Positions 60,346 to 64,000 of a DNA stretch of 64,000 bases are shown here, piece after piece. Position numbers and translations under genes: made by a program. The DNA lies in contig CALXFP010000001.1 in assembly GCA_944387615.1 (NCBI GenBank), positions 1,088 through 65,087 of the forward strand. Direction: 5' to 3'. The notes below the pieces were generated by a model that saw only the letters and a list, made by a program, of their open reading frames with translations, was not told the origin of the DNA and did no database searches. Each line of letters opens with the position of its first letter. Within the stretch, counting starts at the first letter, position 1. Origin of the DNA: an uncultured Oscillospiraceae bacterium (GTDB lineage Bacteria; Bacillota; Clostridia; Oscillospirales; Oscillospiraceae).

Positions 60346-61527
60346 ATGGATGTTACATTTGAAAGCCTCGGCTTGTCCCAGGCAATGCTGAAGGCTTTGG
60401 AGCAGAAGGGGTATGGTTACCCCACCACCATTCAGGCAGAAGCGATTCCCTATTTTATGCAGTGGCGGGACGTGATTGCCAAGGCACCCACGGGAACGGG
60501 CAAAACCTTTGCCTTTGGCATTCCCATGATTGAACACATTGACCCGGAGGTAGAAGGGGTTCAGGGATTGATTCTGGCACCTACCCGGGAACTGGCCATC
60601 CAGATCGGCGATGAACTGCGGGGCCTGCTGACCTATTACCAGGGAATCCGGGTGGCGGTGCTCTACGGCGGCGCCGGAATCGGCGGACAGATCAAGCAGC
60701 TGGAGCGCAAGCCCCAGATTGTGGTGGCAACCCCCGGACGGCTGATGGACCATTATAACCGCAAAACCATCCGTCTGGACAAAATTCAGACCGTGGTACT
60801 GGACGAAGCCGACCGGATGCTGGATATGGGATTTTTCAAGGATGTGACCCGGATTATTGAAAAGGTAAAGAACCGGAAGAATCTGGGCCTGTTTTCCGCT
60901 ACCATTTCCCAGGAGGTCATGACGGTTTCCTGGATGTACCAGCGGGACGAGGTGGAGATCACCGTGGAACCGAAGCAGGAGGACCGGCCGGATATTGACC
61001 AGTTTAGTCTCAGCTGCACGCCTTTGGAAAAAGCCGAGACTGCTTTGCGGCTGATGCGCAGCCAGGGCTACGAGCGGGTGATGATTTTCTGCAACACCAA
61101 GCACATGTGCCAGCGGCTGACGGAGGAATTCCAGCGGGCCGGTGTGGACTGCGACTGCATCCATGGAGACATCCGCCAGAGCCAGCGGGAAAAGACCATG
61201 CAGCGCTACCGGGATGGCAAGCTGGCGGTTCTGGTTGCCACAGACATTGCCTCCCGGGGCATTGATGTGGATGATGTGGATTGCGTCATCAACTATGATA
61301 TCCCGGAAGAAAATGAATATTACGTCCACCGGGTGGGCAGAACCGGCCGTGCCAAGAGAAAAGGTGTGGCCTGGAGTTTGGTCAGCAATTTCCCGGAAAA
61401 GGCGAAGCTGGAGGAAATCTGCAAATTCTGCCAGTTTACCGTCCGGCCCATGGTTTTGGCGGCGGATGGAACGCTGACAGAGGAAGAAGTCAAGGCACCC
61501 ACACCGCCCAAAAGGAGATTCCGTTGA
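60346..61527 (+). CDS. DEAD-box RNA helicase
   Basis: Q motif, APTGTGKT, PTRELA, DEAD, SAT, HRVGRTGR. Confidence 0.95.
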   Translation: MDVTFESLGLSQAMLKALEQKGYGYPTTIQAEAIPYFMQWRDVIAKAPTGTGKTFAFGIPMIEHIDPEVEGVQGLILAPTRELAIQIGDELRGLLTYYQGIRVAVLYGGAGIGGQIKQLERKPQIVVATPGRLMDHYNRKTIRLDKIQTVVLDEADRMLDMGFFKDVTRIIEKVKNRKNLGLFSATISQEVMTVSWMYQRDEVEITVEPKQEDRPDIDQFSLSCTPLEKAETALRLMRSQGYERVMIFCNTKHMCQRLTEEFQRAGVDCDCIHGDIRQSQREKTMQRYRDGKLAVLVATDIASRGIDVDDVDCVINYDIPEENEYYVHRVGRTGRAKRKGVAWSLVSNFPEKAKLEEICKFCQFTVRPMVLAADGTLTEEEVKAPTPPKRRFR

Positions 61528-62411
61528 CACCCCGGGAGAAGGGCTTTCTGCTGCTGACCAGCCATTTGGGCAATCCTCAGCGTCCAGTGCTGACCACCGC
61601 CCAGCTGCGGGTGTTGGTGGAGCGGATGCGGCAGTCGGAGTGCACCCAGCCGGAGCGGGAGGTAACCAGCGCAGACCTTTCCCGTCTGGGCTATAACCGG
61701 GAAATGTCCCAGCGGATTGCCCGGCTTCTGGAAGAGGGGCAGCTGCTGGAAAGGTATCTGCGCCGGGGTGCTCAGGCAGGCTGCATCCCGTTGACCCGGG
61801 TCAGCCCGGGATATCCGCTGATTTTGCGCCAGCGGCTGGGATTGGACAGCCCCGGGTGTCTGTGGAGCAAAGGTGACCTGAGCCTTCTGCGGACGCCTGC
61901 TATTTCCCTTGTTGGCAGCCGGGAGTTGGGGCAGGACAACCGGGTCTTTGCCCAACAGGCAGGCCGTCAGGCGGCAAAACAGGGGCTGACCCTGATTTCC
62001 GGAAACGCTCGGGGAGCAGACCGTACGGCCCAGGAAGCTTGCCTGGAAGCAGGGGGGACCGTAATCAGCATCATTGCCGATGAACTGGCCAAGGTCGAAC
62101 CCAGAGAACATGTGCTGTATCTCAGTGAGGACGGGTTCGACGAGGGCTTTTCTGCCCAACGGGCCCTGAGCCGGAATCGGTGCATCCATGCCCTGGGGCA
62201 AATCGTGTTCGTCGCCCAGGCGACCCTGGGAAAAGGCGGAACCTGGGATGGAACGGCGCGGAATCTGCGCTTTGGCTGGAGCCCGGTGGCCTGTTTCCGT
62301 GATGGAAGCCCTGCCTCCCAGGAATTGGAGCAGATGGGGGCTTATTTGATCGGCACAGAGGATCTGGAGGATTTTTCCACCCTTCCGGAGCAGCCAAGCT
62401 TTTTTGCATAA
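61524..62411 (+). CDS. DprA/Smf-like Rossmann-fold protein
   Basis: YP..L, VGSR, SGNARGAD, RNRCI, GGTW. Confidence 0.8.
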   Translation: MTPREKGFLLLTSHLGNPQRPVLTTAQLRVLVERMRQSECTQPEREVTSADLSRLGYNREMSQRIARLLEEGQLLERYLRRGAQAGCIPLTRVSPGYPLILRQRLGLDSPGCLWSKGDLSLLRTPAISLVGSRELGQDNRVFAQQAGRQAAKQGLTLISGNARGADRTAQEACLEAGGTVISIIADELAKVEPREHVLYLSEDGFDEGFSAQRALSRNRCIHALGQIVFVAQATLGKGGTWDGTARNLRFGWSPVACFRDGSPASQELEQMGAYLIGTEDLEDFSTLPEQPSFFA

Positions 62412-62424
62412 AAGTACAATAAAA

Positions 62425-62456
62425 ATCCCTATGACCTACGGTCATAGGGATTTTTT
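62425..62456. terminator. Bidirectional terminator
   Basis: atccctatgacc-tac-ggtcatagggat followed by a T-tract. Confidence 0.75.
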
Positions 62457-62461
62457 GACGG

Positions 62462-62977
62462 TTACAGGGCGTTTTTTGCCCAGGTGGTGATCGCCTCTTT
62501 GCTGTCTTTGACCTGATGTCCCAGGATGGAGAAACCGGGCTGCACATCGGCGCCGGTGCAGTACTTTTGCAGATCCTGAACGGAGTTTGCCAGGCCGCTG
62601 CCTTCATTTGTGCACAGGGGATGAATTTTCTTGCCGGTCAGATCATAATGTTCCAGGAAGGTGAAAATGCACATGGGAGCTGTGCCGCACCAGTTGGGGT
62701 AACAGACAAACAGCGTATCATATTCTTCCAGACTGGGAAGGTAATCCTTGATTTCCGGTCTGGCGTTGGTTTTGGCCTCGGAAGCGGCTTCCTTGCAGCA
62801 CTCCCGGTAATTGGAGGAGTAGGCTTTTACGGTGTCGATTTCAAACAAATCGGCATCCAGCGCTTCCTGGATGAATTCTGCGGCATATTCGGTATTGCCC
62901 TTTTCCAGAACCTGGGTACCGCCGGGCATGAAATTTTCTCCTTTGTGGGAGAAGTATACCACCAATGTCTTTGCCAT
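62462..62977 (-). CDS. Flavodoxin
   Basis: LVVYFS...GNT, YPNW, FLE, CTNEGSG. Confidence 0.88.
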   Translation of the reverse strand: MAKTLVVYFSHKGENFMPGGTQVLEKGNTEYAAEFIQEALDADLFEIDTVKAYSSNYRECCKEAASEAKTNARPEIKDYLPSLEEYDTLFVCYPNWCGTAPMCIFTFLEHYDLTGKKIHPLCTNEGSGLANSVQDLQKYCTGADVQPGFSILGHQVKDSKEAITTWAKNAL

Positions 62978-63123
62978 GATAAATGCCTCCTTCGTGATTT
63001 GCTAATCACAGTGTAAAAGGAACTGCCCAAAAAGTCAACCATAAATCCGGGCAGACCATGGGCCAGGTTGACGCAGAGGCAAAATTATGGTAAAGTGTTG
63101 CGGTAATAAAGTGAGGTTTCAAC

Positions 63124-64000
63124 ATGCGTGTATGTTTTCGGCGGGCGGTGTGCCTGTTACTGTCCGTAATGTTACTTATTCCCGCTGTTTTAACGGCTGG
63201 GGCCTATGAAAAGGGCGATGCTTTCCACAAAGACTTGTCTGTCTGGATTCAGAACGAGGATCGCCGGGAGTATGTGGAAATGATGCTCGATTACCATATC
63301 CGTACCGATTCCATGGTTCGCGATGCCTTGGATGGAGGATTTGCGGCGGTATTTCTGTTCGACGGGTGCTCGGACAATATGGATGACCGGGAATTGTCGG
63401 ATTTGTCCTACTACCGCGTCAGCGGTATCTGTGTGGTCATCAAGAAGGACGAAATGGGTCAGCTGCGGATGCTGTATTTCAACGACCAGTGCAGCACCAT
63501 TCCGGATCATCCCCTGAAGTATGGTGCCTGGCAGCTGCCGAAGGTGGGCTCTGTGGGGCCTGCTACGGTTTGCGATGGTACTTACCAGCTGTATTCCGTC
63601 TACCATAAGGGCCGATACGAAGCCCTGAATGCCCGGACAGAGTATTATGATGCCAAGCTGGATGCGGTCTATATGGTTCCGGAGGGGTATGTGGTTTCCC
63701 GGGCTACGGAAATCAATGTCCATACCCGAACGACCAACCATGTGCTTTCCTCCGGAATGTGGTCAGCAGGCTGCCCCTTGGTAGGCGGCGGGGAAGCCTG
63801 GGAGTTCTGGAAGCTGATGTACGCGGTGTATTACACCAGCTTTGACGAATTTGAACTGGATACCTTTGTGGGAAGCCTGACCATTGACCGCCAGGCCCTT
63901 CGCCACGAGATGTATACCCTGTATGAAGATCCCGATGCGGTAGACCGGATTCTGGAACATTCCCGCAGCGTCCAGCCGGAGCAGTATCTGGAAGAATGCA
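63124..64000 (+). CDS. Secreted protein with an L,D-transpeptidase-like His/Cys motif (runs off the window)
   Basis: Manual translation: signal peptide MRVCFRRAVCLLLSVMLLIPAVLTAGA, then GTY...INVH-x13-SAGC; frame open to the window end. Confidence 0.7.
   Translation, partial: MRVCFRRAVCLLLSVMLLIPAVLTAGAYEKGDAFHKDLSVWIQNEDRREYVEMMLDYHIRTDSMVRDALDGGFAAVFLFDGCSDNMDDRELSDLSYYRVSGICVVIKKDEMGQLRMLYFNDQCSTIPDHPLKYGAWQLPKVGSVGPATVCDGTYQLYSVYHKGRYEALNARTEYYDAKLDAVYMVPEGYVVSRATEINVHTRTTNHVLSSGMWSAGCPLVGGGEAWEFWKLMYAVYYTSFDEFELDTFVGSLTIDRQALRHEMYTLYEDPDAVDRILEHSRSVQPEQYLEEC

Noticed and set aside
59470-61530. Apparent 686-aa thymidylate kinase fusion
   Set aside because: The N-terminal extension is the antisense of the DEAD-box helicase. 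The real start is ATG 60138 with an AGGAG RBS.

Overview
64 kb of chromosomal DNA from a spore-forming Clostridia-class Firmicute, probably Oscillospiraceae-like (spoIID, rplU-prp-rpmA with the cleavable L27 extension, sigma-A promoters). It holds about 55 CDS and two tRNAs (Val-GAC, Arg-ACG). I saw no prophage, CRISPR array or transposase. Most genes are housekeeping, but three modules look like under-described regulatory systems. (1) 43.5-55.1 kb: a glutamine-synthetase-like protein with substituted ammonia-site residues is co-encoded with a pseudo-receiver ANTAR antiterminator. Divergent from them, a leader terminator containing ANTAR-type hexaloops precedes an operon of Gln/Asp nitrogen-donor enzymes (purC-purA-purB-guaA-glmS-pyrG, then nadE). 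(2) 0-5.9 kb: an operon joins a bacterial GH3-family acyl-amido synthetase, a DegV fatty-acid-binding protein, a PEMT/ICMT-like membrane methyltransferase, an NTF2-GGDEF cyclase and a 7TM-GAF-degenerate-GGDEF receptor, a candidate lipid-signal make-and-sense system. (3) 35.2-41.6 kb: two MgtA paralogues flank a receiver-less OmpR-type winged-helix regulator. Its putative 11-bp tandem operator lies upstream of the second mgtA, and a 49-aa membrane peptide follows. Small non-autonomous elements occur at a terminator (30.4-30.7 kb) and at the tRNA-Arg 3' end. All family assignments come from motifs read by eye; no database search was run.
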